Origin: an uncultured Candidatus Saccharibacteria bacterium
GTDB lineage: Bacteria > Patescibacteriota > WWE3 > 2-01-FULL-39-13
Direction: 5' to 3'
Length of the DNA: 64,000 nucleotides
Assembly (NCBI GenBank): GCA_965230915.1
Contig: OZ246395.1
Span: forward strand, 536,935-600,934
This document shows, one piece after another, positions 45,664 through 55,326 of the stretch (positions are counted from its first letter, which is position 1; each line of letters begins with the position of its first letter). A program made the position numbers and the translations under genes. A model generated the notes under the pieces. The model saw only the letters and a list, made by a program, of their open reading frames with translations. It was not told where the DNA came from and made no database searches.

Positions 45664-46158
45664 TATACCTGCCCGCTTAATCAAATCGATTCCGCTAGTG
45701 TCTGTATGCTCTGCTTGATAATAAATTTCTTTTACTCCAGCTTGAATCAACGATTTTGCACATGTATAGCAAGGAGAATTTGTAATAAAAAAGATCATTC
45801 CATCAATTTTTAGTCCAAGCTTAGCGCATTTCGCAATCATATTCATTTCAGCATGAATCGAACACACTTTTTGAAATTCACGACCTTTTAAATTTTCGAT
45901 TTCACGAATACATAAACGTTTTCCATTTTCATCAAAATTTTGGCAATACATTTCACCTTTAACTGTTTCATTAAAAGATTTAATGTAAGTAAATTCGCCA
46001 TCAGATTTAATAAATTCATCATTAATATCCTTGTGAGATACATCAAACTGAATAACTCCTACGCATCCAACTTTATATCCGCATGATGATTTATTAGATA
46101 TACGTGAGGCTTTCGCCATAAATTCACTTTTTTGTTTTTCGTTAAGGGAAATTTCCAC
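45637..46158 (-). CDS. dCMP/CMP deaminase (zinc-dependent, ComEB-like)
   Basis: CSIHAEMNMI and PCYTCAKSL (the H(A)E ... PCxxC zinc motif). Confidence 0.8.
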   Translation of the reverse strand: MEISLNEKQKSEFMAKASRISNKSSCGYKVGCVGVIQFDVSHKDINDEFIKSDGEFTYIKSFNETVKGEMYCQNFDENGKRLCIREIENLKGREFQKVCSIHAEMNMIAKCAKLGLKIDGMIFFITNSPCYTCAKSLIQAGVKEIYYQAEHTDTSGIDLIKRAGILTEKFSLI

Positions 46159-46239
46159 ACACCGATTCTAATTTGTTTTACAAATTTTTAAAAGGTGGAC
46201 CAATACTGGTCCACCTCTTGTTATGGCTATGGGCATGTT

Positions 46240-46776
46240 TTATTTAACATCAAGTACGGACACATCTGCTGCATCATTTCGATTAAACAGATTTTCTACT
46301 TCTTCACGGTCATCGTCATCAGAATTTACTCCGACTAAAATTGATCCGTTTTTAATAGCATCCTCATATCTTTTTGCTTTAACTTCATCAAGACCGAGTT
46401 CTTTTAATCCAGCTACTAAACCACCTGCCAAAGCTCCGGTTAGAGCTCCAGAAGCGGTTGTTCCTGCAATTCCGGTTATACCTAAAGCTGCAGCAACTGG
46501 ACCTGCTATAAATATTGCACCGATTCCTGGAATGGTAAGTGCTCCAAGTCCTACTAAAAGGCCTAGAACTCCTCCAACTACTGCACCAGTTTTAGCACCT
46601 TGTGCTATACCATGTGATGCGTCATTGTCTATTTTCACATCTCCATTAACAACATCTTCACGACTTATAACTGTGACTTCGCTCGGGGAATATCCCATCG
46701 CGGTTAAATCATCGATTGCTTCGCTTGCTCGTGAAACAGAATCGAAGATTCCCATGATCATTTTATCTTTGGCCAT
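46240..46776 (-). CDS. general-stress-like protein with Gly-zipper membrane segment (YflT/GSP17M-like)
   Basis: Hydrophilic N- and C-terminal domains flank the G/A-rich zipper GAVVGGVLGLLVGLGALTIPGIGAIFIAGPVAAALGITGIAG. The 202-aa plus-strand track ORF here is its antisense shadow. Confidence 0.55.
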   Translation of the reverse strand: MAKDKMIMGIFDSVSRASEAIDDLTAMGYSPSEVTVISREDVVNGDVKIDNDASHGIAQGAKTGAVVGGVLGLLVGLGALTIPGIGAIFIAGPVAAALGITGIAGTTASGALTGALAGGLVAGLKELGLDEVKAKRYEDAIKNGSILVGVNSDDDDREEVENLFNRNDAADVSVLDVK

Positions 46777-46879
46777 TTATGATTCACCTCCAAAGGTTTC
46801 CAATTATTTAACTGAACTCAATATAATTTAAGAAAATAATAATGAAGTTAGAAATTTGTGAAAAAGTTGTAAGAAAAGG

Positions 46880-47335
46880 TCAGAGGTTCTTACGCAATTC
46901 TTGCGCTAATTCTAAAGGAGGCATGGTGATATCCTGATAATTCCAAGTGTTAAGGCCTTCTTTATGTGGAAGCAAAAACATATGAGCGTGAGGAACACTT
47001 TTACTTGCCTTCATGCCTTTTGGAGCCCGCTGCAAAATCCAAACATTTTCTATATTTAAAACATCTCTTAATAATTTGATCCCAATTTTTGCTAATCGCT
47101 GCATGTCGGTCCATTCCTCTTCAGTAATTTCTTCGAACGATTCGACATGTCTTTTGGGAATAACCATTAAATGCCCGTCTATATATGGAAATAAATTCAC
47201 AGTTAAAACAGCATTGTCGTTGGTGGTTATAATATATTTTTCACGCAAATCGCAAAAAACACATTTACCGGTATTGGTCCAAATATCACCGTATGTTCCT
47301 TTTTTACGTGCATTATAATCGCTATAATCTTCCAT
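46880..47335 (-). CDS. HIT-superfamily nucleotide hydrolase/transferase
   Basis: CVFCDL, HLMVIPKRH and the histidine-triad-like VPHAHMFLLP. Confidence 0.7.
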   Translation of the reverse strand: MEDYSDYNARKKGTYGDIWTNTGKCVFCDLREKYIITTNDNAVLTVNLFPYIDGHLMVIPKRHVESFEEITEEEWTDMQRLAKIGIKLLRDVLNIENVWILQRAPKGMKASKSVPHAHMFLLPHKEGLNTWNYQDITMPPLELAQELRKNL

Positions 47336-47344
47336 TAGGCAGTT

Positions 47345-48562
47345 TTAGTCTTTCAGCGCAGTAAATTTCTCAGCTTCGCTCAAGACTTCTTTAAATAATT
47401 GACGAACACGAATTCCTGCAGCTTTTCTAATTAATTTGCTAGAAGATAAATTTGGCGACTGAGGAGGAACCATCACGATCTTGCCTCCCCAACTTTTCAC
47501 TTCATTCAATTCGGAATTCTCATCTATTTTATTCCACCCTTCGTCGACCGTAAAGAAAATATCCGGTTTTAGTTCTTTTAATATCGGAGTAACGGATTCG
47601 TCGTCAAAAATTACTATATAGTCGACGAATCCAAAAAATCCCATTAATTCTGCACGAGACCTCTCGTTAATAATCGGACGTCCCCTTCCCTTTTGCTTTC
47701 GAATAATTTTGTCAGAAGGTATAGCTAAAACTAAAGTGTCCCCTAATGAACGAGCGCGATTGTAAAAGCGAGCATGGCCTGCATGTAATAAATCACATGC
47801 CCCTGATGATAAAACGATTTTCTTTCCATTCCTTCTAAGCTTCTCGCCGAGAGATTTCACATCTGAACGTTTGATTAACTCTGCATAATATTTTCTAGAA
47901 AAAAGATTTAGATCGCTAGAATGTTCACCAAAATATAAACTTTCTTCACGAACACTTGTTTTTATTCCTGAAAACTTATTTTTTGACCAATTTCCTTTTG
48001 ATAAATCGATTGTAACTTTTCCAAAAAAATATTCGATTATTTCTTTTATTTTCAAATCGGCAACTCCATTTACAATACCTGCAGCCGATACAAACGGCCG
48101 GGCCTTAGGCTCTTTTATAATTCTTCCACCATATTTCTTAATCAATTTTTCTTCTGAAGGTTTCCTTAAATGACTTTTCCAATCCTGGCCGAGTGTATAA
48201 ACTACATCTGGCTTTAAAGCGCGTAAAATAGGCAAAATATCTTTTTTGTTCATATAAACCGTGTGATCGACAAAGTCGAAATACTCTAAAAGTTCAGCTC
48301 TGTTTTTTTGGTCGATTAGTGGAAAACCTTTACCACGCATTTCGCGATTTGATTTATTTGTAGCAACCCCGACAACCAATATATCTCCGGCTTGTTTTGC
48401 TTTTAGCAAATATAGGGCATGGCCACTGTGAATTAAGTCAAATGTTCCATATGTAAATACAATCTTTTTATTTTCTTTTTGTGAAAGTTTTTTAAGTGGA
48501 GATAAATCCCTAATATCTAAATGCTTTTTTAAGATGTCTTTCTCGTGGTCCACATCTGACAT
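47345..48562 (-). CDS. tandem cytidylyl/adenylyl-transferase-like protein (two HldE-C/TagD-like nucleotidyltransferase domains)
   Basis: Two copies of the (T/H)xGH nucleotidyltransferase motif, YGTFDLIHSGH and SGACDLLHAGH. Each is followed by a ...KG.GRP(L/I)I...RAEL..F.FVD... block as in the HldE C-terminal domain. Confidence 0.65.
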   Translation of the reverse strand: MSDVDHEKDILKKHLDIRDLSPLKKLSQKENKKIVFTYGTFDLIHSGHALYLLKAKQAGDILVVGVATNKSNREMRGKGFPLIDQKNRAELLEYFDFVDHTVYMNKKDILPILRALKPDVVYTLGQDWKSHLRKPSEEKLIKKYGGRIIKEPKARPFVSAAGIVNGVADLKIKEIIEYFFGKVTIDLSKGNWSKNKFSGIKTSVREESLYFGEHSSDLNLFSRKYYAELIKRSDVKSLGEKLRRNGKKIVLSSGACDLLHAGHARFYNRARSLGDTLVLAIPSDKIIRKQKGRGRPIINERSRAELMGFFGFVDYIVIFDDESVTPILKELKPDIFFTVDEGWNKIDENSELNEVKSWGGKIVMVPPQSPNLSSSKLIRKAAGIRVRQLFKEVLSEAEKFTALKD

Positions 48563-48573
48563 TATATTAAATT

Positions 48574-49485
48574 TTAAGTCGGAATATTTAGGACTTGCCC
48601 AGGAATTATTAAAGGATTTCCATTTGCAAGATAAGAAACGTTATTTGCATCGGCAATTTTGTGCCAATCGGCACCATTACCATAAACAGCTTCAGCAATT
48701 TCCCAAAGCGTGTCACCCCTTACGACGGTGTGCGATCCCGCTTTAATGTCGCCATGTTTGTAATCATTGGCGCGCCAAGAGCCATTATTCACAGTCATAA
48801 CATTGTTAGTCTGTGTTTGGATATTTTGCGAATCAGTGTTGGCATCATTCGCTTGAGCTATGCCAGAGCCTGTATTTGAGTTTGAACTAGTTGAACTCGC
48901 ACTTGTAGAACTTGATCCTGACACAGTATCTGGTTTGGTCATAACTATTCCATCTGAATCACCTGCATTTTCCCATTCATCCGCTCTGGATGTAGAAACG
49001 CCACCAGCGATTCGACCGTTTAAGTCAGTAACCATACCTTCATAATCATCAACATTCGGTTCATTTGTAATTTGAACGCTGGCTGTCGGGGCACCATTGC
49101 CTGTGTTAGAACTATCTCCTCCACTAAAATACCTATAAGAAACATAACCCGCTGCGATAACCAAAAATCCTGCAATTATTGCAGCAATAGCAATCGCACT
49201 AGGCCTAATTTTCCCATCTTCTTCAGTAACGCCATCCTTCACAAAATCGTCTCCGCCATCTTTAAATTCTGGTTCTGTTTGCGTATCAACCGGCTCAACT
49301 TCTTCTTTAGGGTTTGTTGTTACTACTTCCGTTTGTGGATTTTCTGTTTGTTGCAATTGAGTTTCAGGCTGAACTACAAGTTCACTTTTAACATTAGTGC
49401 TTGGTATATTTTCCAGATTTTCATCTGACTGATTAGGGTTATTTAAATCAATTGTGCCTGATTCAGGCAAAATATTTTCTGGCAT
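48574..49485 (-). CDS. LysM-domain membrane-anchored protein
   Basis: TM helix AIAIAAIIAGFLVIAAGYVSY, Ser/Thr-rich linker and a C-terminal LysM (HTVVRGDTLWEIAEAVYGNGADWHKIADANN...PGQVLNIP). Confidence 0.75.
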   Translation of the reverse strand: MPENILPESGTIDLNNPNQSDENLENIPSTNVKSELVVQPETQLQQTENPQTEVVTTNPKEEVEPVDTQTEPEFKDGGDDFVKDGVTEEDGKIRPSAIAIAAIIAGFLVIAAGYVSYRYFSGGDSSNTGNGAPTASVQITNEPNVDDYEGMVTDLNGRIAGGVSTSRADEWENAGDSDGIVMTKPDTVSGSSSTSASSTSSNSNTGSGIAQANDANTDSQNIQTQTNNVMTVNNGSWRANDYKHGDIKAGSHTVVRGDTLWEIAEAVYGNGADWHKIADANNVSYLANGNPLIIPGQVLNIPT

Positions 49486-49767
49486 AAAAACTTTGAGGCA
49501 GGAGGATTAACTTTTGTTAAGTCCAATGTATATCAGTTACAAAAAAATGTCTAGTAATTTGTGTAAGAATTTTATTTACTCCTCGAGGAAACTCATTATG
49601 AGTAAATTTATTTTTCTAAAATATTTTTTGAGTATTAAACTTTTTCTAAATAGAGAAAATTATTTAGACCAAAAGGTTATTCGGATTTATATTTTTCTCG
49701 AAAAAGGTATTTTCGTACAAATCTGCCATAGTCAGTAATATATCAAATATAGGAAGAAAATCTTTCG

Positions 49768-49844
49768 TGGCGGGAATGACGGGGCTCGAACCCGCAACCT
49801 TCTCCGTGACAGGGAGACACTCTAACCAATTGAGCTACATCCCC
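49768..49844 (-). tRNA. tRNA-Asp (GTC), CCA encoded
   Basis: RC reads GGGGATGTAGCTCAATTGGTTAGAGTGTCTCCCTGTCACGGAGAAGGTTGCGGGTTCGAGCCCCGTCATTCCCGCCA. Anticodon loop CTGTCAC, G73 discriminator. Confidence 0.9.
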
Positions 49845-49951
49845 AAAAAAGCTTAAAAATGACTGCTTTTTGGATTGAAATACGATTAGTGGGTTTGTTT
49901 AGGTTTGTCAGGCCTCTCCATAATCAAATCGCATGGATATTATACAAAAGA

Positions 49952-50665
49952 TCAGTCACTATGTGTAGTTATCAAATAAGAAGTCGGAATTTGCGCTAAT
50001 AACCTAGCCGGACAGCTTTTTCGCTCTATTTCACCTTTTGCAAGCTTACTATATAGATCAGCCTTCGATTCCCCCATAACCAGCAAAATCGCAACTTGCG
50101 TTCTAAGCATTAATTTTCGCGAAGCACTCATTCTTTCAGGTGGAGGTTTAGGCGAATCGGTCATAAACATAAAATATTCTGATTCATCGTCATAAGAATG
50201 GTGGTTCGGATAAATTGCCCCGATATGACCGTCTTCTCCACCGCTTAAGATTACCAAATCAAATTTGCCCCCATTAGCAGCCAACTCATCTGAATATTTT
50301 TGAACGCCAAAATCAGAAGATGCGCTATCAAGCACAAATGGATGGCAATTCTCGCCACGGATCAAACCTTTTTCCCGTAACACACTTAAAAGAACTTCGT
50401 CGGCAATACGGTAATTGCTCTCGGCATCGTCTAGCGGAACTAACCTTTCATCGACCATATAAAAGTGAACTTTGTTCCATGGAATATTAGTTCTGTGGCT
50501 AAGAAGTTCGAAAATCGCCCCGACGCTTCGGCCTCCGCATAATGCGAAATTTACTTTATCTTGTTTTTGGGCAAGCTCAGTTAGGGTGTTTTCTATAAGT
50601 TGAGCGGTATAAGTATTCAGATGTTCTATATCTGGATTGTATTCGACTGCCGTAAATCCCTTCAT
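49952..50665 (-). CDS. pgl: 6-phosphogluconolactonase / glucosamine-6-P deaminase family
   Basis: ALCGGRSVGAIFELL and ILSGGEDGHIGAIYPNHH match the Pgl/DevB pattern (..GG.... and G.G.DGH.AS.FP). Confidence 0.75.
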   Translation of the reverse strand: MKGFTAVEYNPDIEHLNTYTAQLIENTLTELAQKQDKVNFALCGGRSVGAIFELLSHRTNIPWNKVHFYMVDERLVPLDDAESNYRIADEVLLSVLREKGLIRGENCHPFVLDSASSDFGVQKYSDELAANGGKFDLVILSGGEDGHIGAIYPNHHSYDDESEYFMFMTDSPKPPPERMSASRKLMLRTQVAILLVMGESKADLYSKLAKGEIERKSCPARLLAQIPTSYLITTHSD

Positions 50666-50780
50666 ATTTTTGATTCTAACATTAAATTCTTTGTACTATA
50701 ATGTGGAAGAGTTATATATCGCGCGGTTGGACGCTTCACTTCGTTCAGCTAACAACCGCAGTAGAAGACACAATATATTT

Positions 50781-50856
50781 GCGGTTGTGGCGAAGTTGGT
50801 ATCGCGTTTCCTTCCCAAGGAAAAGATCACGGGTTCGAATCCCGTCAGCCGCTCCA
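50781..50856 (+). tRNA. tRNA-Gly (CCC), CCA encoded
   Basis: GCGGTTG acceptor stem, D-arm GCGA/TCGC, anticodon stem TTTCC/GGAAA with loop TTCCCAA, T-loop TTCGAAT, U73. Confidence 0.85.
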
Positions 50857-50858
50857 GA

Positions 50859-51566
50859 TTATTCAAAAATAACGGTATCCCCTTTAGCCGTAATCCTTAC
50901 ACTTTTAACAATATCGGCCATTTTATTCTGTATCTCAATAGATTGTTCTCCAGTAAATTCCTTTATAGTCCCAGGTTCATAATTCGCATACTGACTTTGT
51001 GCGATCCGCGTCTGAAACTCGTAACAGTTGCTTCCCGTAAAAAGCCTTAAAACTTCTCCGGTAGAAGAACTTCCGGCAGCCGCATCATTAATGCCGCCAA
51101 AATAGCTTATCCAATAGCCGTCTCCCCTTGCTTCGTTGGACATTATATCTTTATAGCCATCTGGACGTGTTACCAAACACAAATCCTTAGCATCTAAATC
51201 CTTACGTTCATAAATTCGAACACCTGCACTCTGAAAATTTGTGCCATCATAAGCAATTCCCTTATAAAATAGACAATCATTAAAATTTTCATCACATGGT
51301 GGAATCACACTATTATTCGGCATCTGACTTTTATCAGTGGCCAGGCCAAAATCATCAGGTTGAACAAATGTAATTTCGTTTAAAGTAATAACTTTGCCTT
51401 CTATAATATTGGGCCCTGCTGGCTCTGAGGATATATCTTCGGGCATTTCTACACTTTGCATCTGACTTTGATTGGTGCGGTTTGTATACAATTTCCAGGT
51501 AAAAAACCCGCCGACACTTAACAATAAAATCGAAATAATGGTAAATATATGTGGTTTTGAAACCAT
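50859..51566 (-). CDS. hypothetical secreted/membrane-anchored protein
   Basis: 235 aa with an N-terminal TM or signal peptide (IFTIISILLLSVGGFFTW). Confidence 0.5.
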   Translation of the reverse strand: MVSKPHIFTIISILLLSVGGFFTWKLYTNRTNQSQMQSVEMPEDISSEPAGPNIIEGKVITLNEITFVQPDDFGLATDKSQMPNNSVIPPCDENFNDCLFYKGIAYDGTNFQSAGVRIYERKDLDAKDLCLVTRPDGYKDIMSNEARGDGYWISYFGGINDAAAGSSSTGEVLRLFTGSNCYEFQTRIAQSQYANYEPGTIKEFTGEQSIEIQNKMADIVKSVRITAKGDTVIFE

Positions 51567-51605
51567 AAGCGCAGTATAACCCTCACATCGATTAATGCAA
51601 ACTAT

Positions 51606-51614
51606 GGTGATAGA
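51606..51614 (+). promoter_or_regulatory. putative extended -10 element (TGaTAGAAT) ahead of tRNA-Thr
   Basis: TGATAGAAT lies about 28 nt upstream of the tRNA 5' end. The -35 is weak (TCGATT at 17-nt spacing). Confidence 0.3.
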
Positions 51615-51642
51615 ATATAGAAGACCCGCCTGTAGCTTTCCG

Positions 51643-51717
51643 GCCGCTCTAGCTCAACGGCAGAGCAATGGTATCGTAAACCATAGGTTATCGGTTCAAA
51701 TCCGATGGGCGGCTCCA
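51643..51717 (+). tRNA. tRNA-Thr (CGT), CCA encoded
   Basis: Acceptor stem GCCGCTC/GGGCGGC (one G-U pair), anticodon stem ATGGT/ACCAT with loop ATCGTAA, T-loop TTCAAAT. Confidence 0.85.
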
Positions 51718-51723
51718 CTTACT

Positions 51724-52509
51724 ATGATGAAAATCTTTAAGAATACTAATATTAAGAATTTCCAGAAAAATGTGAACGCGGTGGTAACTCCATCAATGCC
51801 TACAAAAAAATCTTCAAGAAAAGCCTACCTTATAAGACGAATTATTTTCACAAATCTTTTAAGTATCGCAGTTATCATCTGTACATATCTTTGGATGGTC
51901 TTTTTCTTATCAAGTGTTAGCTCTTTCTGGGATTTATTTAGAGGAAAGGAAGTTTCTGTAAACCAAGACACAATTCCCCCAACAGCACCATTTTTAAGCA
52001 ACGTGCCTGAAGCAACTCAAAGCTCTACATTAAATGTACAAGGCCAGGCCGAACCGGGAGTAAAGGTCGAATTATATGTTGATGGAAGCAAAATATCAGA
52101 CAGCATAAGTGATTCAAATGGAATTTTCTTATTCGACAATATTCCAGTTGGAGTCTTTAAACAGGAAATGTATGTAAAAGCAGTTGATGAAGCAGGTAAC
52201 ATAAGCAATGAGTCAAATCACTATTCAACAGTTCAAGATACAACGGCTCCTGAGGTTGAAATTACCTCGCCCGATAAAAAGGAACTTTCATACAGAGCAA
52301 CTGAACATGCATATAGAATTGCAGGAAAATCAGAACCAGGTGTCACTGTAACGGTTAACGAACAACTAGCTGTAATTAATCCAAATGGAGAATTCTTCGC
52401 AAACCTAAGACTAGAAGAAGGTGGAAATAACATCAAAATCATCGTTAAAGACAAAGCTTTAAATGAAACTGTAAATGAAGTTTATATAAACTTCAGCAAA
52501 ATCGACTAA
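51724..52509 (+). CDS. membrane-anchored protein with bacterial Ig-like (Big) domains
   Basis: Start placed at the tandem ATGs just 3' of tRNA-Thr. The track ORF starts at 51595 and would overlap the tRNA. TM helix LLSIAVIICTYLWMVFFL, then beta-rich repeats (GVKVELYVDG...AVDEAGN ; PGVTVTVNEQ...). Confidence 0.5.
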   Translation: MMKIFKNTNIKNFQKNVNAVVTPSMPTKKSSRKAYLIRRIIFTNLLSIAVIICTYLWMVFFLSSVSSFWDLFRGKEVSVNQDTIPPTAPFLSNVPEATQSSTLNVQGQAEPGVKVELYVDGSKISDSISDSNGIFLFDNIPVGVFKQEMYVKAVDEAGNISNESNHYSTVQDTTAPEVEITSPDKKELSYRATEHAYRIAGKSEPGVTVTVNEQLAVINPNGEFFANLRLEEGGNNIKIIVKDKALNETVNEVYINFSKID

Positions 52510-53759
52510 TTCTTATCTCTTAACAAAAACATTGCAGTCACAATTGCTAAATTCACGCTTAATGCGGGAAAAAATAGCGAATTTATAAACTGAGAATTTA
52601 CCAGCAAAGCCACCTGAAATCCGGTAAACAGAAGTGCAAAATTATCAGTACTAGAAAGTTTAAGTGACTGAAAAAACAGCTTTATATGTGCGACCGCAAA
52701 AATTGTTAAACCGATAAACCCGGTTGTAACCCAAATAAATAATATACTTGAATCTGAACCAGAATCTGAACGGTCGCCTTCACCTTCGTCGTATTTTATA
52801 AGACCCATTTCTTTTCGAATAAATCGATAGGTGTTAAATCCATAGCCAATAAAAGGATTTTCTTTCGCTACCTCGTAAGTCTCTGACCAGGAAATATATC
52901 TAAAGTAAAATGAATCTGTCGGGTCGGTAACTCCATTTAATCTGGTTTGAACGCGTGGAACCGCATAATAGACCAAAAACATTACTAAAAGTGATAAGGG
53001 AATTATCCATTTATATTTAATTAGGCCGATTACAAAAACTAAAACAGCTAATGCTAGCCATGCGCTTCGCGAAAAAGTTAAAACAATTGCAAGCAAAATT
53101 ACGGCAAATGCCACGAAATATAAGGGCAATTTTTTACATTTAGCTTTAGCCTCAATAATATTTAAAATATCCGAAACCAAAACTGATAATGTTAAAACAA
53201 GAATTATTCCGGCAAAATTTGGGTCAAAATAAAGGCCAGTTAAGCGATTCTGATGCGGGTCCCACATTAAAGTTTTATCTAAAACAGTAAAGTCGGGCAA
53301 AAATATTAACTGTATAAATCCGATGACTGAAATCATCAAACCTTCTACAATAAGCGTATTTTTGACGATTTTGTAATCTAGCTCACTCGCTTTTAAATCG
53401 AGGTAAACGCAAATACCCGCCAATATATAAATCGTCCAACGTACTAAATATAAAGAAGAAACTATTAGGTCTGAAAATGAATTCAAATATCTATATGAAT
53501 TCAGAGTTACGATTACCGCATACAATATAAATACCAAAATTATCTTGTAAACCGTAGGTAATTTTAATTCTTTAAGCCTCAACTCAATAAAATATTGATA
53601 CGCAAAGAGGCCTAAATATGCTGTCAACAAAATATCCCAATAGTATAGGCCAATAAAAATATCACCGACACTAACTCGGGCAAAATACCCAAAAGGGAGT
53701 ACTAAAATTGTTAAAAGTATGAGAAATTTTTTGATTTTTTGTAATTTTTTAACCGACAT
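52506..53759 (-). CDS. O-antigen ligase/polymerase-like (Wzy_C) membrane protein
   Basis: 417 aa, about 10 TM helices. LTFSRSAWLALAVLVFVIGL resembles the Wzy_C/WaaL conserved segment. Confidence 0.55.
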   Translation of the reverse strand: MSVKKLQKIKKFLILLTILVLPFGYFARVSVGDIFIGLYYWDILLTAYLGLFAYQYFIELRLKELKLPTVYKIILVFILYAVIVTLNSYRYLNSFSDLIVSSLYLVRWTIYILAGICVYLDLKASELDYKIVKNTLIVEGLMISVIGFIQLIFLPDFTVLDKTLMWDPHQNRLTGLYFDPNFAGIILVLTLSVLVSDILNIIEAKAKCKKLPLYFVAFAVILLAIVLTFSRSAWLALAVLVFVIGLIKYKWIIPLSLLVMFLVYYAVPRVQTRLNGVTDPTDSFYFRYISWSETYEVAKENPFIGYGFNTYRFIRKEMGLIKYDEGEGDRSDSGSDSSILFIWVTTGFIGLTIFAVAHIKLFFQSLKLSSTDNFALLFTGFQVALLVNSQFINSLFFPALSVNLAIVTAMFLLRDKN

Positions 53760-53911
53760 TTTTTAGTGAAAATTTTAGCACTTAAATATTTACAACTGCT
53801 AAAGTCGTAATATCCTCATCAGATTACGACTTTTTTAAATTTTTTATGCTGTAAAATCAATTAAATTTTCAAATTTGGCAGAATATTTTAGTAAAAGCCC
53901 CTAGCCCACTG

Positions 53912-55216
53912 TCATTTTTTGACATATTTTTTAAGGGCAAAAATTTCAGAAATTTTAACTTGCCTGAAATACCTAGTGAATTTTAATCCAACTAACATAG
54001 TGAGCGCTGCAAAAACCAAACATTCAGTTATCACAGTTAAGGCTGCGGCCGCATAGTAATCGTAAGCGGGTATAAAAATCCAGTTCATAATTCCATTAAA
54101 TACAAACGCCACGCCATAAATCCACATTAAAATGGTTTTCTTCCCTTCTATTAATGCTATCCAACTAAGTGGAGCTGACAAAAAGAAAAATACTAACCCA
54201 CCAGCTAAAATGTTAAATGGCACAATAGATTCAGACATTTCTCCCCCCCAGATAAGTGGAACTAAAAACCCGGAAGTTAAAATGGCTAAAATTGCTAATA
54301 TTATTGCGGCGATAAAAAGATAAGTAAAAACTTTTGCCGCAAATAAACGATATTTTTCTTCTGACTCATCTTTCAGCTTTATTAAAATCGGATAAGTCGC
54401 ATTCATAAAAAAAGTCGGCAACACCAGAACTACATCAAAAATTTTATAAGAAAGACTATAAATACCAACCGAAAATGGTGTCGATAAAACTGAAAGCAAT
54501 AACCGATCTACATGAATCATTAAAACATTCAAAGAAAGTGCCATACCCATCGGAAAAGCATCGATTACAACGTGTTTCCAATAATTTAAGTCTACCCAAC
54601 TAGTTTTTGTAGAAATGTATTCGCGAATAAAGTAAAGCGAAATTAGTGGGGCGATTGCCGATCCTATTAAATTAGCAGTAATTAAGCCAATTAAAGAACC
54701 TTGGAAAAAATAAATAGAAGCACTGGTCAAAATTAAAATTAATGAACTTCCCCATACAGAAGCTTTAGCTTGAAAATCGTATCGCAAAAATGACTGAAAA
54801 ATTAATGACGCAGCACTTGATAGCGAACTAAAAACAATAAGTGGAAGGCTAATTATTATCGCCCATTTAACCAAATCGCTATATGGCATAAAGTAAAGCG
54901 ATACAAGCGCGATAAGCATCAGTGCCATGCCAAATGCAAAGCGTAAAGTTAAAACTTTTGCGAAATTGGCTTTGGCAGATTCAACATTTTTAGCAAAATC
55001 CTGAACTACTATTGCGTTTACGCCAAAATCAGAAAGCAAAAAGAATGTGATTATATAAGTAGTAACTATCGAATACTCTCCGTATGTTTCTGCGCCTAAA
55101 AGACGTGTAATTAAGGCCGAAACCAAGAGTGTACTTGTCGCAGTTACAAATTTATTAATGATTTGAAAAATAGTATTTGAAGCAATTGCTTTTCTATAAG
55201 ACATGAGTCTAATCAA
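53912..55216 (-). CDS. polysaccharide/oligosaccharide flippase (Wzx, MOP superfamily)
   Basis: 434 aa, about 12 TM helices, with the N-terminal pattern typical of Wzx-like 'polysaccharide biosynthesis protein' transporters. Confidence 0.6.
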   Translation of the reverse strand: MIRLMSYRKAIASNTIFQIINKFVTATSTLLVSALITRLLGAETYGEYSIVTTYIITFFLLSDFGVNAIVVQDFAKNVESAKANFAKVLTLRFAFGMALMLIALVSLYFMPYSDLVKWAIIISLPLIVFSSLSSAASLIFQSFLRYDFQAKASVWGSSLILILTSASIYFFQGSLIGLITANLIGSAIAPLISLYFIREYISTKTSWVDLNYWKHVVIDAFPMGMALSLNVLMIHVDRLLLSVLSTPFSVGIYSLSYKIFDVVLVLPTFFMNATYPILIKLKDESEEKYRLFAAKVFTYLFIAAIILAILAILTSGFLVPLIWGGEMSESIVPFNILAGGLVFFFLSAPLSWIALIEGKKTILMWIYGVAFVFNGIMNWIFIPAYDYYAAAALTVITECLVFAALTMLVGLKFTRYFRQVKISEIFALKKYVKK

Positions 55217-55326
55217 TTTTACCCTATTTAGGCTTAGTTAAAAGCGCTTGGCCGAAGTATATTTTAGCCAGTTTTGAGCATATTCCCTTTCTAGACTATT
55301 TCAATCAGGCGAGTACAATATTTAGA

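Noticed and set aside
46223-46831. 202-aa plus-strand ORF (Ala/Pro/Thr-rich)
   Set aside because: It is the antisense shadow of the Gly-zipper protein gene (GGN/GCN codons read as NCC/NGC). The minus-strand protein has a coherent domain structure.
51595-51723. Upstream extension of the Big-domain ORF (track start 51595)
   Set aside because: It would read through tRNA-Thr. The start was moved to the ATG pair at 51724.
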